DNA from: Trueperaceae bacterium
Lineage (GTDB): Bacteria; Deinococcota; Deinococci; Deinococcales; Trueperaceae
Length of the DNA: 64,000 bases
Assembly: GCA_965215565.1 (NCBI GenBank)
Contig: CBDCDZ010000004.1
Coordinates: forward strand, 1,856,001 to 1,920,000
Direction of reading: 5' to 3'
Below are positions 45,530 to 55,446 of the stretch, piece after piece (the stretch's first letter is position 1; every line of letters begins with the position of its first letter). The notes below the pieces were generated by a model. That model was not told the origin of the DNA and ran no database searches. It saw nothing but the letters and a program-made list of their open reading frames with translations. The translations under genes were made by a program, and so were the position numbers.

Positions 45530-45988
45530 TGAGTGCTACCTGAAAATATGTGCGTCAACTCATCCGGAAAGATTACTTCTGCACGACTACAAAAGTGGTT
45601 TTTGTCAAACGTAGGATGTTGATTTAGCATCTTTAGCTCAGCATCTTCGCATGATAGGAGCGGAAGATTTATCAGGTCTAAGTCGTTCTGCCTGCTATGC
45701 CTACGAAGAGAACCGTTTTTATGGCTCAGCTCAAAGGCAAAATGTATCATTTGTGCGTCCTCGAATCCTGCGTAGACAATAGGCGGATAGCAAATCGCAG
45801 AGAAGCCGTTAACCTCTGCGAGTGCCTGTATAAAAGTCGGAACTACAGCTTTGAACATGTATTTTTGATTTCTTGGTCCTCGCTTCAAATACCAATCAAG
45901 TGTATTTTGCCACTCCTCACTATCGTTTCAGTCTCGCCATCCTTCTAAGTAGTCTTTTATCTGATTTTTGATAGTATTCCTAACCTCA
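45526..45988 (-). pseudogene. C-terminal fragment of an AT-rich cargo gene coupled to DUF5131, cut by the IS
   Basis: The frame extends to the IS boundary with one internal TGA, and its stop overlaps the DUF5131 ATG (ATGA). Confidence 0.55.
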
Positions 45989-47005
45989 CTACGGGGACAA
46001 AAGATTGAGACAAAGCTCAAGACTAACTTTAGCGGGCATAGGACCGGCTAGGGTGGCTGAACGCAGGACCTCGAGCCCGCGCTTGAAGTAGCTTTTGGGT
46101 AGGTAACCGTGCTTTTTGGTTTTGAGAGGATAGTGCTTGTAATACCACTCACCTACAAGATGGGCCCAAGCGAAAGCGATAGCTAAGAGGGTTAGCAGCT
46201 TGTTGAAGCGCTCGGGTTGAAGCGTATGCGTACCTTCTAAGTTAAAGCCGCGCGACTTCAAGGCTGAGAAGAGCGTTTCTATCTGCCACCTTTGGGCATA
46301 ACGCGCTAAGGCTTTGTCGGCTTTGACGTTGCAGGCTAACACAAGCAACTCACGCTCGGAGGTGCGCGTCACAGCGAGACGAACACGTAACCCGAGCAGC
46401 CAGCAGCGTTTAGGACAGACATAGACTTCTCCCGATCGGAGGTCAGTGTAGCGCTGCTGCGCCGAACGGGTTGTACCCTTAGAGCCCATCAAGCTGTTGT
46501 TACGCACGCGCATGACGAAGGTGAGTTGGCGTGCCCTGAGTCCTCTGAACCAGTCCTCGCCAATGAACTCACGATCAGCCACTACGCTATCTATTTTTTC
46601 AACTGCTAGCACGCTCAGTAATCTGTCAATTAGCTCTAAGCGCTCCGGCGTGTCGCTATTGCCCTTTTTAGCCAGCAACGTCCACAGCACAGGAAAAGCT
46701 AACCCTTTGTACGCAACACCCAGCATCAAAATATTGACCTCACAGCAACCGAGTGACCAAGTTGTTCTGTCAAGCGTTATCACTAAGCCGGTTTTGACGG
46801 GGAGCAGCGCAAGCATCAACGTTGCGAGCGCTTCACCTTCGAGCTTTACCTCTCGAAAGAAGCGCTTGATGCGTCTCTCGTTCGACTCAATGAGTACCAT
46901 AGGGTTTAGAGCGCTCGCTACCGTGCTCAAGCTCACGCCCCGCACTATAATAACTGCCATAATAAACCTCGCCATGAAATCCAGTCGCGCACCGTGTAAA
47001 GGCAT
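45989..47005 (-). CDS. IS4-family transposase (true start may be slightly upstream)
   Basis: LDRTTW, ADREFIG and YAQRWQIETLFSALKSRGFNLE (YREK-type motif). Confidence 0.9.
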   Translation of the reverse strand: MPLHGARLDFMARFIMAVIIVRGVSLSTVASALNPMVLIESNERRIKRFFREVKLEGEALATLMLALLPVKTGLVITLDRTTWSLGCCEVNILMLGVAYKGLAFPVLWTLLAKKGNSDTPERLELIDRLLSVLAVEKIDSVVADREFIGEDWFRGLRARQLTFVMRVRNNSLMGSKGTTRSAQQRYTDLRSGEVYVCPKRCWLLGLRVRLAVTRTSERELLVLACNVKADKALARYAQRWQIETLFSALKSRGFNLEGTHTLQPERFNKLLTLLAIAFAWAHLVGEWYYKHYPLKTKKHGYLPKSYFKRGLEVLRSATLAGPMPAKVSLELCLNLLSP

Positions 47006-47125
47006 AGCAACTTGGATTTCGTTCCTCAGTTCGTTACACTTGTACTTAAGTCAGTCCGTTGTCTTTGTTTGTGTTCACACCTCAATCATGGCACAGACTG
47101 GCTTCTCTCTCTTTTGTCCCGGTAG
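45989..47125 (-). mobile_element. IS4-family insertion sequence
   Basis: Terminal inverted repeats CTACGGGGACAAAAGA / CTACCGGGACAAAAGA around a DDE transposase. No target-site duplication seen. Confidence 0.9.
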
Positions 47126-47255
47126 CTAGGGTCTGCTCAATGTTCGTGCTCTATGTACTTTGGCTACCGTTGCCTAGAGTTTGCTCGTACTGCTTAATAT
47201 TTGTCTACAACGTCCTGCAACCCAGCTTAAAGCAACCTTACTAGCACTGCGGTGA

Positions 47256-47639
47256 GTGGCGTGCACACCCCTCACCTACCTGAACGGGCCACAGGAAGAG
47301 AGGCAAGAGTCGACTGTGCTCGAGTACGGCGACACCGCTACTGGCGCAGTCACTACAGACTCCTACCGTTTTATGGGCACCTTCAACGAGACTATCCTTC
47401 TCAGCTTCAGCTACGACACCTCCGACAGCCGCTATAACGGCTCCTACCAGGTCGAGTTCTACCAGGTAGGTGAAGAGAAGCCCCTTGACACCACCAACAA
47501 CTACAGTACCTTCGCCGCGCTGCCCGAGCTGACCTTCACGCCGCAGGAGGACGGGGAGTACCTCATCCGAATCGTGGGGACAAGCACGCCGGGCATCAGT
47601 TTGGTGAGGTACAGCTTTGCGTTGGAAAGGCTGGAGTAG
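47256..47639 (+). other. Probable fragment of a secreted beta-sandwich (PPC-like) protein
   Basis: DSYRF.G...FTPQEDGEYLIRI pattern; no clear start or signal peptide. Confidence 0.45.
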
Positions 47640-47749
47640 GTGGGCGCTGTGAAGATATTCTTGACGGCAGCACATGGGAAGTCCGGCTGATGGCGCGAAA
47701 TTGAGGGAGTGGATAAGTCTGCCAAGAGTTCTATAAAACCCGACTCCAT

Positions 47750-48532
47750 TTCATCATCTTCCTAGACGGCATCTCTAAAGGGAGCTACCGCGACATAGAC
47801 TACATCACCGACTTTCTCGGGGCAATGCAAGATGCATTGCCAGAGAGCCGCATTATCAGCGGCGTGCTACCCTACTCAGTCTTCAACTTAGCGCTGACCA
47901 GCCGCGACTACCCCTTCTCGCGCTTCTGGACCTGGGTCGAGCGGCGCAAAGACGCGGGCAATCCTTTTGGCTACCTCATCAATTTCCGCAACCTCTTACG
48001 GGTCATGGTCTCGGCGGATTGGCGCTACGGGCCGCTTTACCACGTCGGCATGACTAAGCTCATCTTGCGGCACCTGCTGCTGCGGGGCTACGAACCGCGC
48101 AATGAAATTGAGAAGGGTCAAACCACCTCCATTATTCTCATCGGCTGTAGCGGCGGTGGACAGGTTGCCGCAGGCGTTGCACCGCTCTTGGCGAAAACTC
48201 TAACAGTTCCCGTCAAGGTCGTCTCCATCGCCGGGGGGATGGCAGGCAACGCGGACTTTGGGAGCCTCGAGCGCTGGGTTCAAGTCGTGAGTAGTAGAGA
48301 CCCGGTGGAGAAACTTGGCGCAGTCGCCTTTCCGCTCCGCTGGCGCGTGGCGTGGTTTTCGCCTTGGGATAGAGCGAAGCGGCGGGGTGTGGTGGAGCTT
48401 GTGCACCTAAACGGAATGCGACACGACGGCAGCGGGAGTTATATGGATAAAGAGACCATCTCTACCGGGCGCTCGCACCTTGAGCGAACTGTCGAGGTCG
48501 TGGTACGGGTGGTGTCTGCTGAAAGGGGCTAA
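47750..48532 (+). pseudogene. 5'-truncated alpha/beta-hydrolase-fold protein
   Basis: The frame extends upstream of ATG 47825 (FIIFLDGISK...) and contains a GCSGGGQ nucleophile-elbow-like motif. Confidence 0.5.
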
Positions 48533-48579
48533 AGCTACCTCTTTCCAATATCTTTAAGAAGTTTCGCTACATTGACCTT

Positions 48580-50109
48580 GTGATTGCCCCCAATATCCCT
48601 CGTCCCTCACAGCTCAAACTTGGTTCATACCCAAGAGCTGTTACCTCCCTCCTCTTCTTCACCCTCCTCAGCGCCTGTATGCCTATCCCCACCATCCGCT
48701 CAGAGCTAAATTTGGCACCGCCCGCCTACAGGGTCGCGCCCGACGCGGTTCAAACCGCGTACGTGAGCCTGCCCGGTTATGACGAGCCCAGCACGCCGGA
48801 CGAGTATGACCGCGCGTTCTACTCCCGATACTTCGCCGCAGACAGGGGCGCAAACCCCGACACGATCTTCGTGCTGATGCCGGGGCTCTTCGCCGGGGCG
48901 ACGAGCTTCGACCTCTACGCGCGGCAGCTCGTGGCGAGCCGTGAGGGGCTCGAGGTCTGGGTCACGGACCGGCGGGCGAACGCGCTAGAAGATAGAAGCG
49001 CCATGACTCAGAGCCTAGAACAGCGCGACCCGCAAGTCGCCTATGACTACTACGTAACGAACGCAGGTCGAGAAGAGGGCTTTAACCCGCTCACCCCCGA
49101 CGACCTGCGCTTCACCGCGTTTTGGGGTTTAGAGGTTCACCTGCGCGATTTGCATGAGGTTGTAAAGCGAGCGGAGGCTACAGCCGATACGGTCGTCTTA
49201 GGCGGACACTCCCTGGGCGGCAGCCTCGCCAACTTCTACAGCAGCTACGACTTTACGGCGAGTGACGCTATTGACTTCGGTTACACGCATATCGACGGTC
49301 TTCTACTCCTCGACGGCATCTTAGGCAAGACAGGCGGCTTCGGTTGGGAAGAGGAAGGACTGACCATCCGCGACATCCAACTCATCGCGAGCAAGTCGGA
49401 CTTAGAGGCGGGGCGCGGCGACCCCTACATGGTCCAAGGCTTCGACCCGACCTCGGCGGCTCAGACGGAGGTCGTGGCGCTCTTAGCCCGCTTCGCGCCA
49501 GACGCGCTCTCGCCCGGCGGCTTCGTGGACTACCCCGCGACGAACCGTGCCGTTGCCGGTATTTTAGATGACGACCAGTACGGCTTCTCGAGCGTCTTCA
49601 GCGCTTCATTAGGCGAGGTCACAGACGCGACCTTCGCAGGCAACCTCTTCGCGGTGCTCCTCGACGGGAGTCAGGGGATGCGCAGCAGTACGGTCACGGG
49701 TGTGGTGGAGGGCTCGAGCTTTGTAGATTGGACGCGCGGCGACCCTGAGCGCGAGGTCACCGACTTAAACGCCTATGTCCGCAGTAAGTCGAGCGCAGAC
49801 ACCAACAGCAGCGAGTGGTACTTCCCGCTTCGCTTGGGGCTCGATATAATTCAACTCGACGTGACATTAGACGATACTCCTAACTTCGTCCCGACGAACG
49901 ACGTGCCGACGCCGACGCTCGCGGTTGGGGCGGGTCGCGGGCTCGTCAGGTCGTTTGAAGACTTTTCAGCCTACGGCGCGGCAAGGGGGATTGGGGCGCG
50001 GTTTTCCGCCTACATCATTGACGGCTTTACCCATTCCGACATCATCGCGGCGGAGCAGAACCCGGTGGTGCCTCTGACTTTGCAGTGGTTGGAGCAGGTG
50101 GGGCGGTAA
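48580..50109 (+). CDS. Alpha/beta hydrolase lipoprotein
   Basis: Lipobox LSAC, GHSLGG and C-terminal H.DI. Confidence 0.8.
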   Translation: MIAPNIPRPSQLKLGSYPRAVTSLLFFTLLSACMPIPTIRSELNLAPPAYRVAPDAVQTAYVSLPGYDEPSTPDEYDRAFYSRYFAADRGANPDTIFVLMPGLFAGATSFDLYARQLVASREGLEVWVTDRRANALEDRSAMTQSLEQRDPQVAYDYYVTNAGREEGFNPLTPDDLRFTAFWGLEVHLRDLHEVVKRAEATADTVVLGGHSLGGSLANFYSSYDFTASDAIDFGYTHIDGLLLLDGILGKTGGFGWEEEGLTIRDIQLIASKSDLEAGRGDPYMVQGFDPTSAAQTEVVALLARFAPDALSPGGFVDYPATNRAVAGILDDDQYGFSSVFSASLGEVTDATFAGNLFAVLLDGSQGMRSSTVTGVVEGSSFVDWTRGDPEREVTDLNAYVRSKSSADTNSSEWYFPLRLGLDIIQLDVTLDDTPNFVPTNDVPTPTLAVGAGRGLVRSFEDFSAYGAARGIGARFSAYIIDGFTHSDIIAAEQNPVVPLTLQWLEQVGR

Positions 50110-50181
50110 GCTGAGCTTCTTCGCGAAATCTTATAAGCTAGCTCCTAAAATAACTCAACTTCTTGAAGGGAGAGGGTCGAG

Positions 50182-51351
50182 TTGAAGAAAGCTCTTATTC
50201 TTTTTGCTACCATCACTGCCGGTGGCTCTCACGTATCTTCGGCAGAGGCGATGGCGCAAGCTGTCGAGGCAACCTATCCGGGTCGGTATAAGCTCGAGAT
50301 ATCGGACCTTATGAAAGACTTCGGCTTCGAGCGTTTTGACGCTCAGCATAAACGCTCTTGGCAAAACGCCCTAAAGCGTCCCTGGACGATCACGTGGGGG
50401 CAGCGGCTCATTGACAGTATGCCGAGCGTAACTGTGACGGCGCACCGCCTGATGTTACGTACGTTCGCCAAGCGAGCCGCAGCGCTCCTTCAGGAGCGGC
50501 AACCTAAGCTCATCGTTGCCAATCACGGATGGCTCACGACGGCGCTGACGCTGAGCCAACGCAGCTTCGGGCTCGATATACCTGTGCTGACCTTCCAGAC
50601 CTCTACCTTAGACGCAACTGCGCTCTGGGCTGAGCCCAGAGCGGAACGCTTCGTCTTAGGTTCGCCTGTGGCTAAAGAGATTCTGGTGCGCTTAGGGGTG
50701 AGCCGTCACAAAATTGATGTTGTGGGTTATCCAGTCAAGCAAGCTTTTCTCCACGCACAAGCGCGCGCTTGTGCCAGAAGAAAGCTCGGCTTGAAAGACC
50801 AGTTTACCTGCCTCATCTCCCTAGGCGGTGAGGGGATAGGCGGACGACCTCACGAGATCGCGCGGTCTTTGAGGCAGCTCGGCTTTCCCGTGCAAATCGT
50901 GGTCATCGCTGGGCGCAACGCCGTCCTAAAACGCGAGCTTGACGCCCTTGCGACGCGCGACCCGCTACTAAGCGTAGAGGGTTTCGTCGACAATATGGCG
51001 GATTTTGTTGCGGCGAGCGACCTCGTCATCGGTAAAACAGGTCCGGCGGCTGTTTTTGAGAGCTTAGCCGTAGGCCGCCCTGTTTTAGCTCCTAGTCGCT
51101 CGGGCGGTATTGAAAACGAGATGATTCGCTTTTTAGAGAAGTATCAGCTTGGTGCTTATGTGCCGACCTCCGAAAGCTTGGGACAAGCCGTGAGTGGCTA
51201 CTACAATCACCCTGAGCGCCTCGAGAGCGTCGAGCAGCGCTCGAGCCTGTTCGACTTTCCCGGCATGACCGAGCGCATGGCGCACTACATCGTGCATTAC
51301 GCCGAAACACGCCGCCCGGACCTCTCGCGCTTGGGTGATGGGATAAGCTAG
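50182..51351 (+). CDS. MGDG-synthase/UgtP-like glycosyltransferase (GT28)
   Basis: GGSH, G.PV..AF, GGEGIG, AGRN, GFVDNM and K.GP...E motifs. Confidence 0.85.
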   Translation: MKKALILFATITAGGSHVSSAEAMAQAVEATYPGRYKLEISDLMKDFGFERFDAQHKRSWQNALKRPWTITWGQRLIDSMPSVTVTAHRLMLRTFAKRAAALLQERQPKLIVANHGWLTTALTLSQRSFGLDIPVLTFQTSTLDATALWAEPRAERFVLGSPVAKEILVRLGVSRHKIDVVGYPVKQAFLHAQARACARRKLGLKDQFTCLISLGGEGIGGRPHEIARSLRQLGFPVQIVVIAGRNAVLKRELDALATRDPLLSVEGFVDNMADFVAASDLVIGKTGPAAVFESLAVGRPVLAPSRSGGIENEMIRFLEKYQLGAYVPTSESLGQAVSGYYNHPERLESVEQRSSLFDFPGMTERMAHYIVHYAETRRPDLSRLGDGIS

Positions 51352-51357
51352 CGCTAC

Positions 51358-52371
51358 GTGCGTAGATTCTGGCAAACCCTCCTTTTTTCACTTCTTCTAA
51401 GGCTTGGCAGCCTCTACCTCGCCCTGCCCGAGACCTTTGACCGAGCAACGCTCCGCACGCTCGCAGTTCTTGGGGTGCCTCAACTCAGCTTGCTCATTGG
51501 GGTACTCGCTTTACGCTGGCTCGTAAGCGGCTGACGCACCATGCTACTCGTGCGTTTTAGCGGCGCGCCCCTCTCTTTCTGACAAGGCGTTCGCGCCCAC
51601 TTAGTCGGCATCTTTGCCTCCGTAGTGACGCCGGCTGGGGGTGGCAACGCGCTGGGTCTCACCTGGCTTCTGACGCGCTACAACGTTCCCTTACAGAACG
51701 CGGTGATGACAAGCGTCCTCGTGACGGTGCTCGACATGGCCTTTTTCGCTTGGAGCGTTCCTGTCGCCTTTCTCTATTTAGTGCGCGCCGGAACGACGCT
51801 GCCTCTAGCGGGGCTCGGCTGGCTCATCATGCTCTTCGCGCTCACCATTCTGACGCTGAGCTTGCTGCTCACCTTCCGCCTACAACTCTTTATCGGCGGA
51901 GTTCGCTTTCTCTTCCGCTTGCCTGGGTTACGCCGCCACGCACAGAGAATAGACGGGTTTCTGGAAGATCTAGACACTGTGAGCCGCACCTTCATGCGCA
52001 CTCTCTGGTACGTTCACTTAGGTCTACACGCCTGCACCGCGCTCTTCTGGACCATCAACTTCGCCTTTCTGAACGCGGTGGCGACCGCCTTACAGCTCGG
52101 TGTGCCGCAACTCGAGCTGCTCAGTATCCGCACCCTCATTCACGCCTTTGCCTTCGCCATTCCCACTCCGGGGGCGAGCGGCTATATGGAGGGCGCGCTG
52201 TCGCTCGCCCTAGCTGGACGCGCGCTCCCGCAAACCGTGTCAACGACGGTGCTCGTGTGGCGCTCGCTGAGCTACTACCTCTATTTCTTGCTCGGCCCAC
52301 TTATCGGCGGGCGAGCGCTCACCAAGCGTGCTCCCGCCGATACGCTCAGCAAGTCTGGTCGATCGGAGTGA
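51358..52371 (+). pseudogene. Lysylphosphatidylglycerol-synthase TM / flippase-like (UPF0104) protein with two in-frame TGA
   Basis: GTG at 51358, TGA at 51532 and 51580, then TPAGGG, PTPGASG..E and WR..SYY. Confidence 0.8.
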
Positions 52372-53356
52372 AGCCTAAAAACCAGCCGACGCGCCGCCGG
52401 TTGGTCTCTGAGAAAAAGGTTGTCAAGGTGAGTCCGTCAAAACAGGGGTAGACGCGCTCTAAAACCTCTGCGGGGACATACCTGGGCGGCTGCTCGCTCA
52501 GCATCGTATTGGCCTCTTTAATCGCTCGGCGCACCTCGCCCGGTTGTCCCGCCGCTGCTAGATGAATTAACCCTGTGAGGTAACGCCCGAGGAGCATTTC
52601 GGTCCTGCGCCAACCTCGGTAGTAACGCCTGATCGTGACGAGGTCATTGCGCAGGGGCAAGTACGCCGCGCTCACCTTGACCCTCGCGCCCCTCGCGTCC
52701 CACAGGTGATAGATGGGCGCGTCCGACAGATAGTCCGCTTCCCAACCTCGAGCTAGATACTCAATGACCGTAGGCGGCTCGGTCTCGTACATAAAGTAAC
52801 CTTTCGGACTCGGCGGAACCTGCAGGGCCGCCTCTCGGCGAAAGGCGACCGCGCCGGCGTGAAAGCCGCGCGTCGGCGCGTAGCGCTGACCCTTGCGGAG
52901 CGCGGGAAAGTAAGGTGTATAGCTGAGCCGCCCTGATTTGGGCTCGACAAAAGGCAACGCGATAAGACCAAGCGCGGCCCCGCGCTCCTCGAAGTGCTCA
53001 ATCACACGCTGAACCGCACCCTCGGCGGGATAGGCGTCGTCATCGAGCTGAAAAACGAACTCGCCACGCGCCATGCGGATAGCTTCAGGTAGGGCCTCAA
53101 ATCCTCTTGATACCTCACTGCGAAGCACGCGCACCTCGGGAAACTCGTTTCTAATCATCGAGGTCGTTCCGTCAGTTGAGGCGTCATCTACAACGATAAC
53201 CTCATGAGAGGGAAGCGCTAAGTCGCCAAGGGACCCGAGCAGCTTACGCATCATCGCTCGGCGGTTGTGTGTCGGAAAGATCAAGCTTACTTGAACGTCA
53301 TCTGCAGCGTCCAACTGTAACACTCCTTTATCGTGCTCACGTCGAGTAGTAGCCAC
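52346..53356 (-). CDS. Glycosyltransferase family 2
   Basis: IFPTHNR, VVDDASTDGT and LDDD. Confidence 0.9.
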   Translation of the reverse strand: MATTRREHDKGVLQLDAADDVQVSLIFPTHNRRAMMRKLLGSLGDLALPSHEVIVVDDASTDGTTSMIRNEFPEVRVLRSEVSRGFEALPEAIRMARGEFVFQLDDDAYPAEGAVQRVIEHFEERGAALGLIALPFVEPKSGRLSYTPYFPALRKGQRYAPTRGFHAGAVAFRREAALQVPPSPKGYFMYETEPPTVIEYLARGWEADYLSDAPIYHLWDARGARVKVSAAYLPLRNDLVTIRRYYRGWRRTEMLLGRYLTGLIHLAAAGQPGEVRRAIKEANTMLSEQPPRYVPAEVLERVYPCFDGLTLTTFFSETNRRRVGWFLGFTPIDQTC

Positions 53357-53505
53357 TCCAAATAGAGCAGACCTACGACGTAGTGTGATTTTTACTTACA
53401 GTAGCTAAGCTGTCAATTCGCCTGCCGACGGAAAAGTAAAATGACCGACCCACAAGGGGTCGGTTGGAGGGAAATCCTTACGTAGCTATTGCTAGCTGAA
53501 GAAGG

Positions 53506-54156
53506 CTAATTGCTGCTCATCGCCCGCAACGAGAGGCGAAAGAGCGAGAGCGTCTCGCCGTCATCTGTTGTGACGCGCACGTCGGACAAGGGACGGAAAC
53601 CTGGTGTGGTCGTTTCAAAGGTCGTCACATTACCTTCATAGGTCACGGTGAAGTAGTCGGCCTCGTTGACCCTCACCACTGGGTTGTCGCCCATGTTGGA
53701 GCCGTCGTTGAAGCGGTAGAAACCCGTCGCGATACCGTTGTCGGGTGTGCCTTCTGTGAAAACGGCAAGCTCAGTTTGACCGTCAATCGCCATCTGAATG
53801 CCCTGGACTACATCATTTAGCATCACCGCGTCGTCATCGCTCGCATTATCGATGCCATTAAGGTCCAAGACGGTGCTGGCCTGGCTCGAGCCAACACTCA
53901 CAATCTCAAAGGTCAAGCTGCCTTCACCGACATCCAAGGTGACGAACTCAGCGTCATCGACGGTATCGTCTTCGAAGGCACTCACTACTGATCCCGTCGA
54001 GAGAATCGTGGATTCAATCTCTTCGCCGCCGCTAAAGGGGTTGCTGTCATAGAAGGTCGCTTGCACGTCGAGGTTGGCGGGGTCGGTCTGAGCGCTAGCG
54101 ACGCCTCCGACAAGAACAGTTCCGGCTAAAACAAGGGTGGTGAGGATGTTTTTCAT
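53506..54156 (-). CDS. Secreted acidic hypothetical protein
   Basis: Signal peptide MKNILTT...ASA, AAAGGA RBS, and a hairpin downstream at about 53444-53463. Confidence 0.75.
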   Translation of the reverse strand: MKNILTTLVLAGTVLVGGVASAQTDPANLDVQATFYDSNPFSGGEEIESTILSTGSVVSAFEDDTVDDAEFVTLDVGEGSLTFEIVSVGSSQASTVLDLNGIDNASDDDAVMLNDVVQGIQMAIDGQTELAVFTEGTPDNGIATGFYRFNDGSNMGDNPVVRVNEADYFTVTYEGNVTTFETTTPGFRPLSDVRVTTDDGETLSLFRLSLRAMSSN

Positions 54157-54454
54157 AAGTTCCTTTCTCTTGCTGGATGGTGTGAGCCATCCCTAAAATG
54201 AGTATGCTTGCGGACTTGTAAGAATCATCTAAGGGACTTTGAAGAAATGTGTAAGAAGGGGAAGATAAGGAGCGCGGTTTTCCGCACCCAAAACGACTGA
54301 CTGAGTCTGCGAAACGGCTTGTCCAAACCTTCATACGTTGTTGAAGCGATCTACAAAAATGACGTTCATCCTGGGTTTACAATGTCCAGCATCCAGTACA
54401 GCTTCTATACGTGGACAAATAAAGCAGTTCACAGAAGTACTGAATTGGAATAGC

Positions 54455-54532
54455 GCAAGTATCATTTAAGAATGTGCGTGTTCGCCCAAGTTCTCTAATG
54501 TGGGACTGGCTCAAATCAAATGATACTTGCTA
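54455..54532 (-). repeat. Miniature inverted-repeat element, copy F
   Basis: gcaagtatcatt...aaatgatacttgcta, with the same ttggaatagc flank as copy D. Confidence 0.75.
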
Positions 54533-54730
54533 TAGACTGACGCGCGGAAAGTGGGTATGGCAACGCCGTGCGTTCTCCCTTAGCCTCTTTGTCCTTACGT
54601 TGATTTGGGGCGCGGCTCAACGCTCAGACCAGCCAACGAGCGTTGACGGGGCACAGCCCCACTTTCAAAGCGCCGTGACGACTGAGGACGCTGCACGCTC
54701 AAAGGTGTCGTAACGCCGCCATGCACGGCC

Positions 54731-55312
54731 GTGAGCCCCACAATACAAGGGGTCAACACACCGTTTAAGCAGCGCCGCTTCAAGCTGTCGCTCTCTGAAA
54801 ACGACGTTTTCTTCTCGGATAGAGGGTTGAGTCAGTACCTCGAGGTTCTCTACACCTCGCCGCTTAAAGATACGCTCACTCTTAATACCGCTCTAAAGTT
54901 CGAGATGGTGACGCCTGCACAAGCGCGTTACCTGTCGTCCGAAGGTGAATCGCTATGTTGTGTCTCGCCAGGTATCTACCACTACCCGCTCTATCTGGAG
55001 AGTCAGTGGGTGAGCGTTGCGCCGCTCACTGAGAGGCTCAACGTGCGGCTTGCAGGCCACTTGCGTGCCGGGGTTGACGCGCCCGAAGCGATTGGCGGAC
55101 CTTTACAAAACGCTTGGCACGACCTCATCGGGGTAGCTAATTTCGACGCAGTAGGCAAGGCGGCGTATTACGGTGGGCTAGGGGGGGGCGTTTTGCTCGA
55201 GGGCAGGTCGGGCGATTCAGGGATGAGACCTGCGCCCACCTGTCTCAACATTTCGTGGAACTGCTGGCAAAAACAGCTTGTACTCGGCCATGAGGTGGAG
55301 CGCAAAGAGTGA
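54731..55312 (+). pseudogene. Fragment resembling a lipid A deacylase LpxR-family beta-barrel
   Basis: END.F.SDR..SQ and G..LQNAWH.LIG patterns; lacks a proper start and C-terminal half. Confidence 0.45.
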
Positions 55313-55374
55313 AGCTTCGCGGCGTCCCCGAAAGCGTGCAGGGGTTGGCGCTGCGCAGTACCGAAAACAAAAAA

Positions 55375-55417
55375 AACCGTAAGGGTGCGCAACGTAACGT
55401 TGCGCACCCTTACGGTT
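55375..55417. repeat. Perfect 21-bp-arm palindrome (REP-like)
   Basis: aaccgtaagggtgcgcaacgt-a-acgttgcgcacccttacggtt. Confidence 0.8.
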
Positions 55418-55446
55418 CGCCGCTTCTTGTAGCCTATGATAGTTTC

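Larger units (their letters stand above)
39781..45988 (+). mobile_element. Degraded Tn7-like transposon at attTn7 (glmS); distal end not found
   Basis: End repeats, tnsABCD remnants and cargo fragments, ending at the IS4-family element. Confidence 0.88.

Noticed and set aside
39781..45988. CRISPR-associated transposon (CAST)
   Set aside because: No cas genes or array in the window. A long TnsD and glmS insertion fit protein-guided targeting.
51358..52371. TGA recoded as Trp or Sec
   Set aside because: TGA ends intact genes here (pheS, pheT, actC, fdhF), and TAA and TAG also interrupt nearby pseudogenes.
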